A stretch of 64,000 bases of DNA. It comes from the human T2T-CHM13v2.0 reference genome, Homo sapiens. The notes beneath the pieces are model-generated. The model was not told where the DNA came from and ran no database searches. It saw nothing but the letters and a program-made list of their open reading frames with translations. Position numbers and translations under genes: made by a program. Shown here one piece after another: positions 44,201 through 59,400 of the stretch (its first letter is position 1; every line of letters begins with the position of its first letter). The stretch lies in the NCBI RefSeq assembly GCF_009914755.1, contig NC_060937.1; one strand, written 5' to 3'.

Positions 44201-47200
44201 CAAAGTACACCAAATATATATTCTATAGTGTACATAAAATATCAAAGTACCCAAACTATACATTATATACTGTACATAAAATATGAAATTACATCAAATA
44301 TATATTATATTAGGTACATAAAATATGAAAGTACATCAAATATAAATTATATACTGTACATAAAATACCAAAGTACCCCAAATATATATTATATACTGTA
44401 CATGAAATATCAAAGTTCACAAACTATATATTATATACTGTACATAAAATATCAAAGTACCCAAGGTATATATTCTATACTCTACAAAAAATATCAAAGT
44501 ACCCAAAGCATGTATTATATACTGTACATAAAATATGAAAGTACATCAAATATATATTTAATTCTGTACATAAAATAACAAAGTACACCAAATATATATT
44601 CTATAGTGTACATAAAATATCAAAGTAGCCAAACTATACATTATATACTGTACATAAAATATGAAATTACATCAAATATATATTATATTAGGTACATAAA
44701 ATATGAAAGCACATCAAATATAAATTATATACTGTACATAAAATACCAAAGTACCCCAAATATATATTATATACTGTCCATGAAATATCAAATTTCACAA
44801 ACTATATATTATATACTGTACATAAAATATCAAAGTACCCAAGGTATATATTCTATACTGTACAAAAAATATCAAAGTACCCAAAGTATGTATTATATAC
44901 TGTACATAAAATATGAAAGTACATGAAATATATATTTTATTCTGTACATAAAATATCAAATTACACCAAATATATATTTTATAGTGTACATAAAATATCA
45001 AAGTACCCAAACTATACATTATATACTGTACATAAAATATGAAATTACATCAAATATATATTATATTAGGTACATAAAATATGAAAGTACATGAAATATA
45101 TATTATATACTGTACATAAAATACCAAAGTACCCCAAATACATATTATATACTGTACATGAAATATCAAAGTTCACAAACTATATATTATATACTATACA
45201 TAAAATAACAAAGTACCGAAGGTATATATTCTATACTGTACAAAAAATATCAAAGTACCCAAAGCATGTATTATATACTGTACATAAAATATGAAAGTAT
45301 ATGAAATATATATTTTATTCTGTACATAAAATATCAAATTACACAAAATATATATTCTATAGTGTACATAAAATATCAAAGTACCCAAACTATACATTAT
45401 ATACTGTACAAAAAATATGAAATTACATCAAATATATATTATATTAGGTACATAAAATATGAAAGTACATCAAATATAGATTATATACTGTACATAAAAT
45501 ACGAAAGAACCCCAAATATATATTATATACTGTACATGAAATATCAAAGTTCACAAACTATATATTATATACTGTACATAAAATATAAAAGTGCCCAAGG
45601 TATATATTCTATACTGTACAAAAAATATCAAAGTACCCAAAACATGTACTATATACTGTACATAAAATATGAAAGTACATCAAATATATATTTTATTCTG
45701 TACATAAAATATCAAAGTACACCAAATATATATTCTATAGTGTACATAAAATATCAAAATACCCAAACTATACATTATATACTGTACATAAAATATGAAA
45801 TTACATCAAATATATATTATATTAGGTACCTAAAATATGAAAGTACATCAAATATAAATTATATACTGTACATAAAATAACAAAGAAACCCAAATATATA
45901 TTATATACTGTACATGAAATATCAAAGTTCACAAACTATATATTATATACTGTACATAAAATATCAAAGTACCCAAGGTATATATTCCATACTCTACAAA
46001 AAATATCAAAGTACCCAAAGCATGTATTATATACTGTTCATAAAATATGAAAGTACATCAAATATATATTTTATTCTGTACATAAAATATCAAAGTACAC
46101 TAAATATATATTCTATAGTGTACATAAAATATCAAAGTACCCAAACTATACATTATATACTGTACATAAAATATGAAATTACATCAAATATATATTATAT
46201 TAGGTACATAAAATATGAAAGTACATCAAATATAAATTATATACTGTACATAAAATATCAAAGTACCTCAAATATATATTATATACTGAACATGAAATAT
46301 CAAAGTTCACAAACTATATATTATATACTGTACATAAAATATCAAAATACCCCAGGTATATATTCTATACTGTACAAAAAATATAAAAGTACCCAAAACA
46401 TGTATTATATACTGTACATAAAATATGAAAGTACATCAAATATATATTTTATCCTGTACATAAAATATCAAAGTACACCAAATATATATTCTATAGTGTA
46501 CATAAAATATCAAATTACCCAAACTATACATTATATACTGTACATAAAATATGAAATTACATCAAATATATATTATATTAGGTACATAAAATATGAAAGT
46601 ACATCAAATATAAATTATATACTGTACATAAAATATCAAAGTACCTCAAATATATATTATATACTGTACATGAAATATCAAAGTTCACAAACTATATATT
46701 ATATACTGTACATAAAATATCAAAGTACCCAAGGTATATATTCTATACTGTACAAAAAATATAAAAGCACCCAAAACATGTATTATATACTGTACATAAA
46801 ATATGAAAGTACATCATATATATATTTTATTCTGTAAATAAAATATCAAAGTACACCAAATATATATTCTATAGTGTACATAAAATATCAAAGTACCCAA
46901 ACTATACATTATATACTGTACATAAAATATGAAATTACATCAAATATATATTATATTAGGTACATAAAATATGAAAGTACATCAAATATAGATTATATAC
47001 TGTACATAAAATATCAAAGTACCCCAAATAAATATTTTATACTGTACATGCAATATCAAAGTTCACAAACTATATATTATATACTGTACATAAAATATCA
47101 AAGTACCGAAGGTATATATTCTATACTGTACAAAAAATATCAAAGTACCCAAAGCATGTATTATATACTGTACATAAAATATGAAAGTACATCAAATATA

Positions 47201-50200
47201 TATTTTATTCTGTACATAAAATATCAAAGTACACCAAATATATATTCTATAGTGTACATAAGATATAAAAGTACCCAAACTATATATTATATACTGTACA
47301 TAAAATATGAAATTACATCAAAAATATATTATATTAGGTACATAAAATATGAAAGTACATCAAATATAAATTATATACAGTACATAAAAAATCAAAGTAC
47401 CCCAAATATATATTATATACTGTACATGAAATATAAAAGTCCACAAACTATATATTATATATTGTACATAAAATATCAAAGTACCCAAGGTATATATTCT
47501 ATACTGTACAAAAAATATCAAAGTACCCAAAGCATGTATTATATAGTGTATATAAAATATGAAAGTACATCAAATATATATTTAATTTTGTACATAAAAT
47601 ATCAAAGTACACCAAATATATATTCTATACTGTACATAAAATATCAAAGTACCCAAACTATACATTATATACTGTACATAAAATATGAAATTACATCAAA
47701 TATATATTATATTAGGTACATAAAATATGAAAGTACATCAAATATAGATTATATACTGTACATAAAATACCAAAGAACCCCAAATATATATTATATACTG
47801 TACATGAAATATGAAAGTTCCCAAACTATATATTATATACTGTACATAAAATATCAAAGTACCCAATGTATATATTCTATACTGTACAAAAAATATCAAA
47901 GTACGCAAAGCATGTATTATATACTGTTAATAAAATATGAAAGTACATCAAATATATATTTTATTCTGTACATAAAATATCAAAGTACACCAAATATATA
48001 TTCTATAGTGTACATAAAATATCAAAATACCCAAACTATACATTATATACTGTACATAAAATATGAAATTACATCAAATATATATTATATTAGGTACCTA
48101 AAATATGAAAGTACATCAAATATAAATTATATACTGTACATAAAATAACAAAGAAACCCAAATATATATTATATACTGTACATGAAATATCAAAGTTCAC
48201 AAAGTATATATTATATACTGTATATAAAATATCAAAGTACCCAAGGTATATATTCTATACTGTACAAAAAATATCAAAGTACCCAAAGCATGTATTATAT
48301 ACTGTTCATAAAATATGAAAGTACATCAAATATATAATTTATTCTGTACATAAAATATCAAAGTACACCAAATATATATTCTATAGTGTACATTAAATAT
48401 CAAACTACCCAAACTATACATTATATACTGTACATAAAATATGAAATTACATCAAATATATATTATATTAGATATGTAAAATATGAAACTACATCAAATA
48501 TAGATTATATACTGTACATAAAATACCAAAGTACCCCAAATATATATTTTATACTGTACATGAAATATCAAAGTTCTCAAACTATATATTATATACTGCA
48601 CATAAAATATCAAAGTACCCAAGGTATATATTCCATACTGTACAAAAAATATCAAAGTACCCAAAGCATATTATATATGCTGTACATAAAATATGAAAGT
48701 ACATCAAATATATATTTTATTCTGTACATAAAATATCAAAGTACACCAAATATATATTCTATACTGTACATAAAATATCATGGTACCCAAACAATACATT
48801 ATATACTGTACATAACATATGAAATTACATCAAATATATATTATATTAGGTACATAAAATATGAAAGTACATCAAATATAGATTATATACTGTACATAAA
48901 ATATCAAAGTACCCAAATATATATCATATACTGTACATGAAATATCAAAGTTCACAAACTATATATTATATACTGTACATAAAATATCAAAGTACCGAAA
49001 GCATGTGTTATATTCTGTACATAAAATATGAAAGTACATCAAATATATATTTTATTCTGTATAAAAAATATCAAAGTACACCAAGTATATATTCTATAGT
49101 GTACATAAAATATCAAAGTACCCAAACTATACATTATATACTATACATAAAATTTGAAATTACATCAAATATATATTATATTAGGCACATAAAATATGAA
49201 AGTACATCAAATATAGATTATATACTGTACATAAAATACCAAAGTACCCCAAATATATATTTTACACTGTACATGAAATATCAAAGTTCACAAACTATAT
49301 ATTATATACTGTACATAAAATATCAAAGTACCCAATGTATATATTCTATACTGTACAAAATATATCAAAGTACCAAAAGCATGTATTATATACGGTACTT
49401 AAAATATGAAAGAACATCAAATATATATTTTATTCTGTACATAAAATATCAAAGTACACCAAATATATATTCCATACTGTACATAAAAAATCAAAGTACC
49501 CAAACTATACATTATATACTGTACATAAAAGATGATATTACATCAAAAAAATATTATATTAGGTACATAAAATATGAAAGTACATCAAATATAGATTATA
49601 TACTGTACATAAAATATCAAAGTACCCCAAATATATATTTTATACAGTACATGAAATATCAAAGTTCACAAACTATATATTATATACTGTACATAAAATA
49701 CCAAAGTACCAAAGGTATATATTCTATACTGTACAAAAAATATCAAAGTACCCAAAGCATGTATTATATACTGTTCATAAAATATGAAAGTACATCAAAT
49801 ATATATTTTATTCTGTACATAAAATATCAAAGTACACCAAATATATATTCTATAGTGTACATTAAATATCAAAGTACCCAAACTATACATTATATACTGT
49901 ACATAAAATATGAAATTACATCAAATATATATTATATTAGGTACATAAAATATGAAAGTACATCAAATATAGATTATATACTGTAGATAAAATACCAAAG
50001 TACCCCAAATACATATTATATACTGTACAAGAAATATCAAAGTTCACAAACTATATATTATATACTGTACATAAAATATCAAAGTACCAAGAGTATATAT
50101 TCTACACTGTACAAAAAATATCAAAGTACCCAAAGCATGTATTATATAATGTACATAAAATATGAAAGTACATCAAATATATATTTTATTCTGTACATAA

Positions 50201-51538
50201 AATATCAAAGTACACCAAATATATATTCTATAGTGTACATAAAATATCAAAGTACCCAAACTATACATTATATACTGTACATAAAATATGAAATTACATC
50301 AAATATATATTATATTAGGTACATAAAATATGAAAGTACATCAAATATATATTATATACTCTACATAAAATACCAAAGTACCCCAAATACATATTATATA
50401 CTGTACATGCAATATCAAAGTTCACACACTATATATTATATACTGTACATAAAATATCAAAGTACCGAAGCTATATATTCTATACTGTACAAAAAATATC
50501 AAAGTACCCAAAGCATGTATTATATACTGTACATAAAATATGAAAGTACATCAAATATATATTTAATTCTGTACATAAAATATCAAAGTACACCAAATAT
50601 ATATTCTATAGTGTACATAAAATATCAAAGTACCCAAACTATACATTATATACTGTACATAAAATATGAAATTACATCAAATATATATTATATTAGGTAC
50701 ATAAAATATGAAAGTACATCAAATATAGATTATATACTGTACATAAAATAACAAAGTACCCCAAATACATATTATATACTGTACATGCAATATCAAAGTT
50801 CACAAACTATATATTATATACTGTACATAAAATATCAAAGTACCCAAGGTATATATTCTATACTGTACAAAAAATATCAAAGTACCCAAAGCATGTATTA
50901 TATACTGTACATAAAATATGAAAGTACATCAAATATATATTTTATTCTGTACATAAAATATCAAAGTACACCAAATATATATTCTATAGTGTACATAAAA
51001 TATCAAAGTACCCAAACTATACATTATATCCTGTACATAAAATATGAAATTACATCAAATATATATTATATTAGGTACATAAAATATGAAAGTACATCAA
51101 ATATAAATTTTATACTGTACGTAAAATACCAAAGAACCCCAAATATATATTATATACTGTACATGAAATATCAAAGTTCACAAACTATATATTATATACT
51201 GTATATAAAATATCAAAGTACCCAAGGTATATATTCTATACTGTACAAAAAATATCAAAGTACCCAAAACATGTATTATATACTGTTCATAAAATATGAA
51301 AGTACATCAAATATATATTTTATTCTGTACATAAAATATCAAAGTACACTAAATGGATATTCTATAGTGTACATAAAATATCAAAGTACCCAAACTATAC
51401 ATAATAATCTGTACATAAAACATGAAATTACATCAAATATATACTATATTATGTACATAAAATATGAAAGTACGTCAAATATAGATTATGTACTGTACAT
51501 AAAATATAAATTACCCAAATATATATTATATACTGTAC
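38290..51538 (+). repeat. Canonical-type 378-bp 9-mer HSat1A domain, more diverged, with one 14-mer-type segment at ~48400-48936
   Basis: Monomer order A-B-C-D-E-F-G-H-I repeats with 126-aa periodicity in ORFs 40452..43967, 45914..46837 and 46874..48148. Many private substitutions. Diagnostic AGCATGTATT, ATAGTGTAC and ATAAATTAT variants. Confidence 0.93.
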
Positions 51539-53091
51539 ATGAAATATCAAAGTTCACAAACTATATATTATATACTGTACATAAAATATCAAAGTAACCA
51601 AACTATACATTATATACTGTACATAAAATATGAAATTACATCAAATATATATTATATTAGGTACATAAAATATGAAAGTACATCAAATATAGATTTTATA
51701 CTGTACATAAAATATCAAAGTACCCAAATATATATCATATACTGTACATGAAATATCAAAGTTCACAAACTATATATTATATACTGTACATAAAAAATCA
51801 AAGTACACAAATTATACATTTTATACTGTACATATAATATGAAATTACATCAAATATATATTATTTTATGTATGTAAAATATGAAAGTACATCAAATATA
51901 GATTATATACTGTACATAAAATACCAAAAAGTACCCCAAATATATATTTTATACTGTACATGAAATATCAAAGTTCTCAAACTATATTTTATATACTGCA
52001 CATAAAATATCAAAATAATCAAGGTATATATTCCATACTGTACAAAAAATATCAAAGTACCCAAAGCCTATATTATATGCTGTACATAAAATATGAAAGT
52101 AAATCAAATATATATTTTATTCTGTACATAAAATATCAAAGTACACCAAATATATATTCTATACTGTACATAAAATATCAAGGTACCCAAACTATACATT
52201 ATATACTGTATATAAAATATGAAATTACATCCAATATATATTATATTTGGTACATAAAATATGAAAGTACATCAAATATAAATTATATACTGTACATAAA
52301 ATATCAAAGTAGCCCAAATATATATTAAATACTGTACATGAAATATCAAAGTTGACAAACTATATATTATATACAGTACATAATATATCAATGTACCCAA
52401 GGTATATATTCTATACTGTACAAAAAATATCAAAGTACCCAAAGCATGTATTATATACTGTACATAAAATATGAAAGTACATCAAATATATATTTTATTC
52501 GGTACATAAAATATCAAAGTACACCAAATGTATATTCTATACTGTACATAAAATATCAAAGTACCGAAACTATACATTATATACTGTACATAAAAGATGA
52601 AATTACATCAAAAATATATTATATTAGGTACATAAAACATGAAAGTACATCAAATATAGATTATATACTGTACATAAAATATCAAAGTAAACAAATATAT
52701 ATTATATACTGTACATGAAATATCAAAGTTCACAAACTATATATTATATACTGTACATAATATATTAATGTACCCAAGGTATATATTCTATACTGTACAA
52801 AAAACATCAAAGTACCCAAAGCATGTATTATATGCTGTACATAAAATATGAAAGTACATCAAATATATATTTTATTCTGTATATAAAATATCAAAGTACA
52901 CCAAATATATATTCTATACTGTACATAAAATATCAAGGTACCCAAACTATACATTATATACTGTACATAAAATATGAAATTACATCAAATATATATTATA
53001 TTAGGTACATAAAATTTGAAAGTACATCAAATATAGATTATATACTGTACATAAAATATCAAAGTACCCAAATATATATCATATACTGTAC
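51539..53091 (+). repeat. Transition zone with 209-, 590-, 377- and 377-bp units
   Basis: Unit starts at 51539, 51748, 52338, 52715, 53092. Confidence 0.85.
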
Positions 53092-56000
53092 ATGAAATAT
53101 CAAAGTTCACAAACTATATATTATATACTGTACATAAAATATCAAAGTACCCAAACTATACATTATATACTGTACATAAAATATGAAATTACATCAAATA
53201 TATATTATATTAGGTATGTAAAATATGAAAGTACATCAAATATAGATTATATACTGTACATATAATACCAAAGTACCCCAAATATATATTTTATACTGTA
53301 CATGAAATATCAAAGTTCTCAAACTATATATTATATACTGCACATAAAATATCAAAGTACCCAAGGTATATATTCCATACTGTACAAAAAATATCAAAGT
53401 ACCCAAAGCATATATTATATGCTGTACATAAAATATGAAAGTACATCAAATATATATTTTATTCTGTACATATAATATCAATGTACACCAAATATATATT
53501 CTATACTGTACATAAAATATCAAGGTACCCAAACTATACATTATATACTGTACATAAGATATGAAATTACATCAAATATATATTATATTAGGTACATAAA
53601 ATATGAAAGTACATCAAATATAGATTCTATACTGTACATAAAATATCAAAGTACCCAAATATATATCATATACTGTACATGAAATATCAAAGTTCACAAA
53701 CTATATATTATATACTGTACATAAAATATCAAAGTACCCAAACTATACATTATATACTGTACATAAAATATGAAATTACATCAAATATATATTATATTAG
53801 GTATGTAAAATATGAAAGTACATCAAATATAGATTATATACTGTACATAAAATACCAAAAAGTACCCCAAATATATATTTTATACTGTACATGAAATATC
53901 AAAGTTCTCAAGCTATATATTATATACTGCACATAAAATATCAAAATACTCAAGGTATATATTCCATACTGTAAAAAAAATATCAAAGTACCCAAAGCAT
54001 ATATTATATGCTGTACATAAAATATGAAAGTACATCAAATATATATTTTATTCTGTACATAAAATATCAAATTACACCAAATATATATTCTATACTGTAT
54101 ATAAAATATCAAGGTACCCAAACTATACATTATATACTGTACATAAAATATGAAATTACATCAAATATATATTATATTAGGTACATAAAATATGAAAGTA
54201 CATCAAATATAGATTATATACTGTACATAAAATATCAAACTACCCAAATATATATCATATACTGTACATGAAATATCAAAGTTCACAAACTATATATTAT
54301 ATACTGTACATAAAATATCAAAGTACCAAACTATACATTATATACTGTACATAAAAGATGAAATTACATCAAATATATATTTTATTAGGTATGTAAAATA
54401 TGAAAGTACATCAAATATAGATTATATACTGCAGATAAAATACCAAAGTACCCCAAATATATATTTTATACTGTACATGAAATATCAAAGTTCTCAAACT
54501 ATATATTATATACTGCACATAAAATATCAAAGTACCCAAGGTATATATTCCATACTGTACAAAAAACATCAAAGTACAAAAGCATATATTGTATGCTGTA
54601 CATAAAATATGAAAGTACATGAAATATATATTTTATTCTCTACATAAAATATCAAAGTACACCAAATATATATTCTATACTGTACATAAAATATCAAGGT
54701 ACCCAAACTATACATTATATACTGTACATAAAATATGAAATTACATCAAATATATATTATATTAGGTACATAAAATTTGAAAGTACATCAAATATAGATT
54801 ATATACTGTACATAAAATATCAAAGTACCCAAATATATATCATATACTGTACATGAAATATCAAAGTTCACAAACTATATATTATATACTGTACATAAAA
54901 TATCAAAGTACCCAAACTATACATTATATACTGTACATAAAATATGAAATTACATCAAATATATATTATATTAGGTATGTAAAATATGAAAGTACATCAA
55001 ATATAGATTATATACTGTACATATAATACCAAAGTACCCCAAATATATATTTTATACTGTACATGAAATATCAAAGTTCTCAAACTATATATTATATACT
55101 GCACATAAAATATCAAAGTACCCAAGGTATATATTCCATACTGTACAAAAAATATCAAAGTACCCAAAGCATATATTATATGCTGTACATAAAATATGAA
55201 AGTACATCAAATATATATTTTATTCTGTACATATAATATCAATGTACACCAAATATATATTCTATACTGTACATAAAATATCAAGGTACCCAAACTATAC
55301 ATTATATACTGTACATAAGATATGAAATTACATCAAATATATATTATATTAGGTACATAAAATATGAAAGTACATCAAATATAGATTCTATACTGTACAT
55401 AAAATATCAAAGTACCCAAATATATATCATATACTGTACATGAAATATCAAAGTTCACAAACTATATATTATATACTGTACATAAAATATCAAAGTACCC
55501 AAACTATACATTATATACTGTACATAAAATATGAAATTACATCAAATATATATTATATTAGGTATGTAAAATATGAAAGTACATCAAATATAGATTATAT
55601 ACTGTACATAAAATACCAAAAAGTACCCCAAATATATATTTTATACTGTACATGAAATATCAAAGTTCTCAAGCTATATATTATATACTGCACATAAAAT
55701 ATCAAAATACTCAAGGTATATATTCCATACTGTACAAAAAATATCAAAGTACCCAAAGCATATATTATATGCTGTACATAAAATATGAAAGTACATCAAA
55801 TATATATTTTATTCTGTACATAAAATATCAAATTACACCAAATATATATTCTATACTGTATATAAAATATCAAGGTACCCAAACTATACATTATATACTG
55901 TACATAAAATATGAAATTACATCAAATATATATTATATTAGGTACATAAAATATGAAAGTACATCAAATATAGATTATATACTGTACATAAAATATCAAA

Positions 56001-56420
56001 CTACCCAAATATATATCATATACTGTACATGAAATATCAAAGTTCACAAACTATATATTATATACTGTACATAAAATATCAAAGTACCAAACTATACATT
56101 ATATACTGTACATAAAAGATGAAATTACATCAAATATATATTTTATTAGGTATGTAAAATATGAAAGTACATCAAATATAGATTATATACTGCAGATAAA
56201 ATACCAAAGTACCCCAAATATATATTTTATACTGTACATGAAATATCAAAGTTCTCAAACTATATATTATATACTGCACATAAAATATCAAAGTACCCAA
56301 GGTATATATTCCATACTGTACAAAAAACATCAAAGTACAAAAGCATATATTGTATGCTGTACATAAAATATGAAAGTACATGAAATATATATTTTATTCT
56401 CTACATAAAATATCAAAGTA
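52900..56420 (+). repeat. Tandem duplication, 2 x 1761 bp (587+589+585; breakpoints approximate)
   Basis: ORF pairs 53679/55440 and 54411/56172 are offset by 1761. Shared +2 insertion CCAAAAAGTACC, two 1-bp deletions, and CTGCAGATAAAA variant. Confidence 0.92.
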
Positions 56421-59400
56421 CACCAAATATATATTCTATACTGTACATAAAATATCAAGATACCCAAACTATACATTATATATTGTACATAAAATATGAA
56501 ATTACATCAAATATATATTATATTAGGTACATAAAATATGAAAGTACATCAAATATAGATTATATACTGTACATAAAATATCAAAGTACCCAAATATATA
56601 TCATATACTGTACATGAAATATCAAAGTTCACAAACTATATATTATATACTGTACATAAAATATAAAAGTACCCAAACTATACATTATATACTGTACATA
56701 AAATATGAAATTACCTCAAATATATATTATATTAGGTATGTAAAATATGAAAGTACATCAAATATAGATTATATACTGTACATAAAATACCAAAGTACCC
56801 CAAATATATATTTTATACTGTACATGAAATATCAAAGTTCTCAAACTATATATTATACTGCACCTAAAATATCAAAGTACCCAAGGTATATATTCCATAC
56901 TGTACAAAAAATATCAAAGTACCCAAAGCATATATTATATGCTGTACATAAAATATGAAAGTACATGAAATATATATTTTATTCTCTACATAAAATATCA
57001 AAGTACACCAAATATACATTCTATACTGTACATAAAATATCAAGGTACCCAAACTATACATTATATACTGTACATAAAATATGAAATTACATCAAATATA
57101 TATTATATTAGGTACATAAAATATGAAAGTACATCAAATATAGATTATAAACTGTACATAAAATATCAAAGTACCCAAATATATATCATATACTGTACCT
57201 GAAATATCAAATTCACAAACTATATATTATATACTGTACATAAAATATCAAAATACCCAAACTATACATTATATACTGTACATAAAAGATGAAATTACAT
57301 CAAATATATATTATATTAGGTATGTAAAATATGAAAGTACATCAAGTATAGATTATATACTGTACATAAAATACCAAAGTACCCCAAATATATATTTTAT
57401 ACTGTACATGAAATATCAAAGTTCTCAAACTATATATTATATACTGCACATAAAATATCAAAGTACCCAAGGTATATATTCCATACTGTACAAAAAATAT
57501 CAAAGTACCCAAAGCATATATTATATGCTGTACATAAAATATGAAAGTACATGAAATATATATTTTATTCTGTACATAAAATATCAAAGTACACCAAATA
57601 TATATTCTATACTGTACATAAAATATCAAGGTACCCAAACTATACATTACATACTGTACATAAAATATGAAATTACATCAAGTATATATTATATTAGGTA
57701 CATAAAATATGAAAGTACATCAAATATAGATTCTATACTGTACATAAAATACCAAAGTACCCCAAATATATATTTTATACTCTACATGAAATATCAAAGT
57801 TCTCAAACTGTATATTATATACTGCACATAAAATATCAAAGTACCCAAGGTATATATTCCATACTGTACAAAAAATATCAAAGTACCCAAAGCATATATT
57901 ATATGCTGTACATAAAATATGAAAGTACATCAAATATATATGTTATTCTGTACATAAAATATCAAAGTACACCAAATATATATTCTATACTGTACATAAA
58001 ATATCAAGGTACCCAAACTATACATTACATACTGTACATAAAATATGAAATTACATCAAATATATATTATATTAGGTACATAAAATATGAAAGTACATCA
58101 AATATAGATTATATACTGTACATAAAATATCAAAGTACCCAAATATATATCATATACTGTACATGAAATATCAAAGTTCACAAACTATATATTATATACT
58201 GTACATAAAATATCAAAGTACCCAAACTATACATTATATACTGTACTTAAAATATGAAATTACATCAAATATATATTTTATTAGGTACGTAAAATATGAA
58301 AGTACATCAAATATAGATTATATACTGTACATAAAATACCAAAGTACCCCAAATATATATTTTATACTGTACATGAAATATCAAAGTTCTCAAACTATAT
58401 ATTATATACTGCACATAAAATATCAAAGTACCCAAGGTAAATATTCCATACTGTACAAAAAATATCAAAGTACCCAAAGCATATATTATATGTTGTACAT
58501 AAAATATGAAAGTACATGAAATATATATTTTATTCTGTATATAAAATATCAAAGTACACCAAATATATATTCTATACTGTACATAAAATATCAAGGTACC
58601 CAAACTATACATTACATACTGTACATAAAATATGAAATTACATCAAATATATATTATATTAGGTACATAAAATATGAAAGTACATCAAATATAGATTCTA
58701 TACTGTACATAAAATATCAAAGTACCCAAATATATATCAGATACTGTACATGAAATATCAAAGTTCACAAACTATATATTATATACTGTACATAAAATAT
58801 CAAAGTACCCAAACTATACATTATATACTGTACATAAAATATGAAATTACATCAAATATATATTATATTAGGTATGTAAAATATGAAAGAACATCAAATA
58901 TAGATTATATACTGTACATAAAATACCAAAGTACCCCAAATATATATTTTATGCTGTACATGAAATATCAAAGTTCTCAAACTATATATTATATACTGCA
59001 CATAAAATATCAAAGTACCCAAGGTATGTATTCCATACTGTACAAAAAATATTAAAGTACCCAAAGCATACATTATATGCTGTACATAAAATATGAAAGC
59101 ACATGAAATATATATTTTATTCTCTACATAAAATATCAAAGTACACCAAATATATATTCTATACTGTACATAAAATATCAAGGTACCCAAACTATACATT
59201 ATATACTGTACATAAAATATGAAATTACATCAAATATATATTATATTAGGTACATAAAATATGAAAGTACATCAAATATAGATTATATACTGTACATAAA
59301 ATATCAAAGTACCCAAATATATATCATATACTGTACCTGAAATATCAAATTCACAAACTATATATTATATACTGTACATAAAATATCAAAGTACCCAAAC

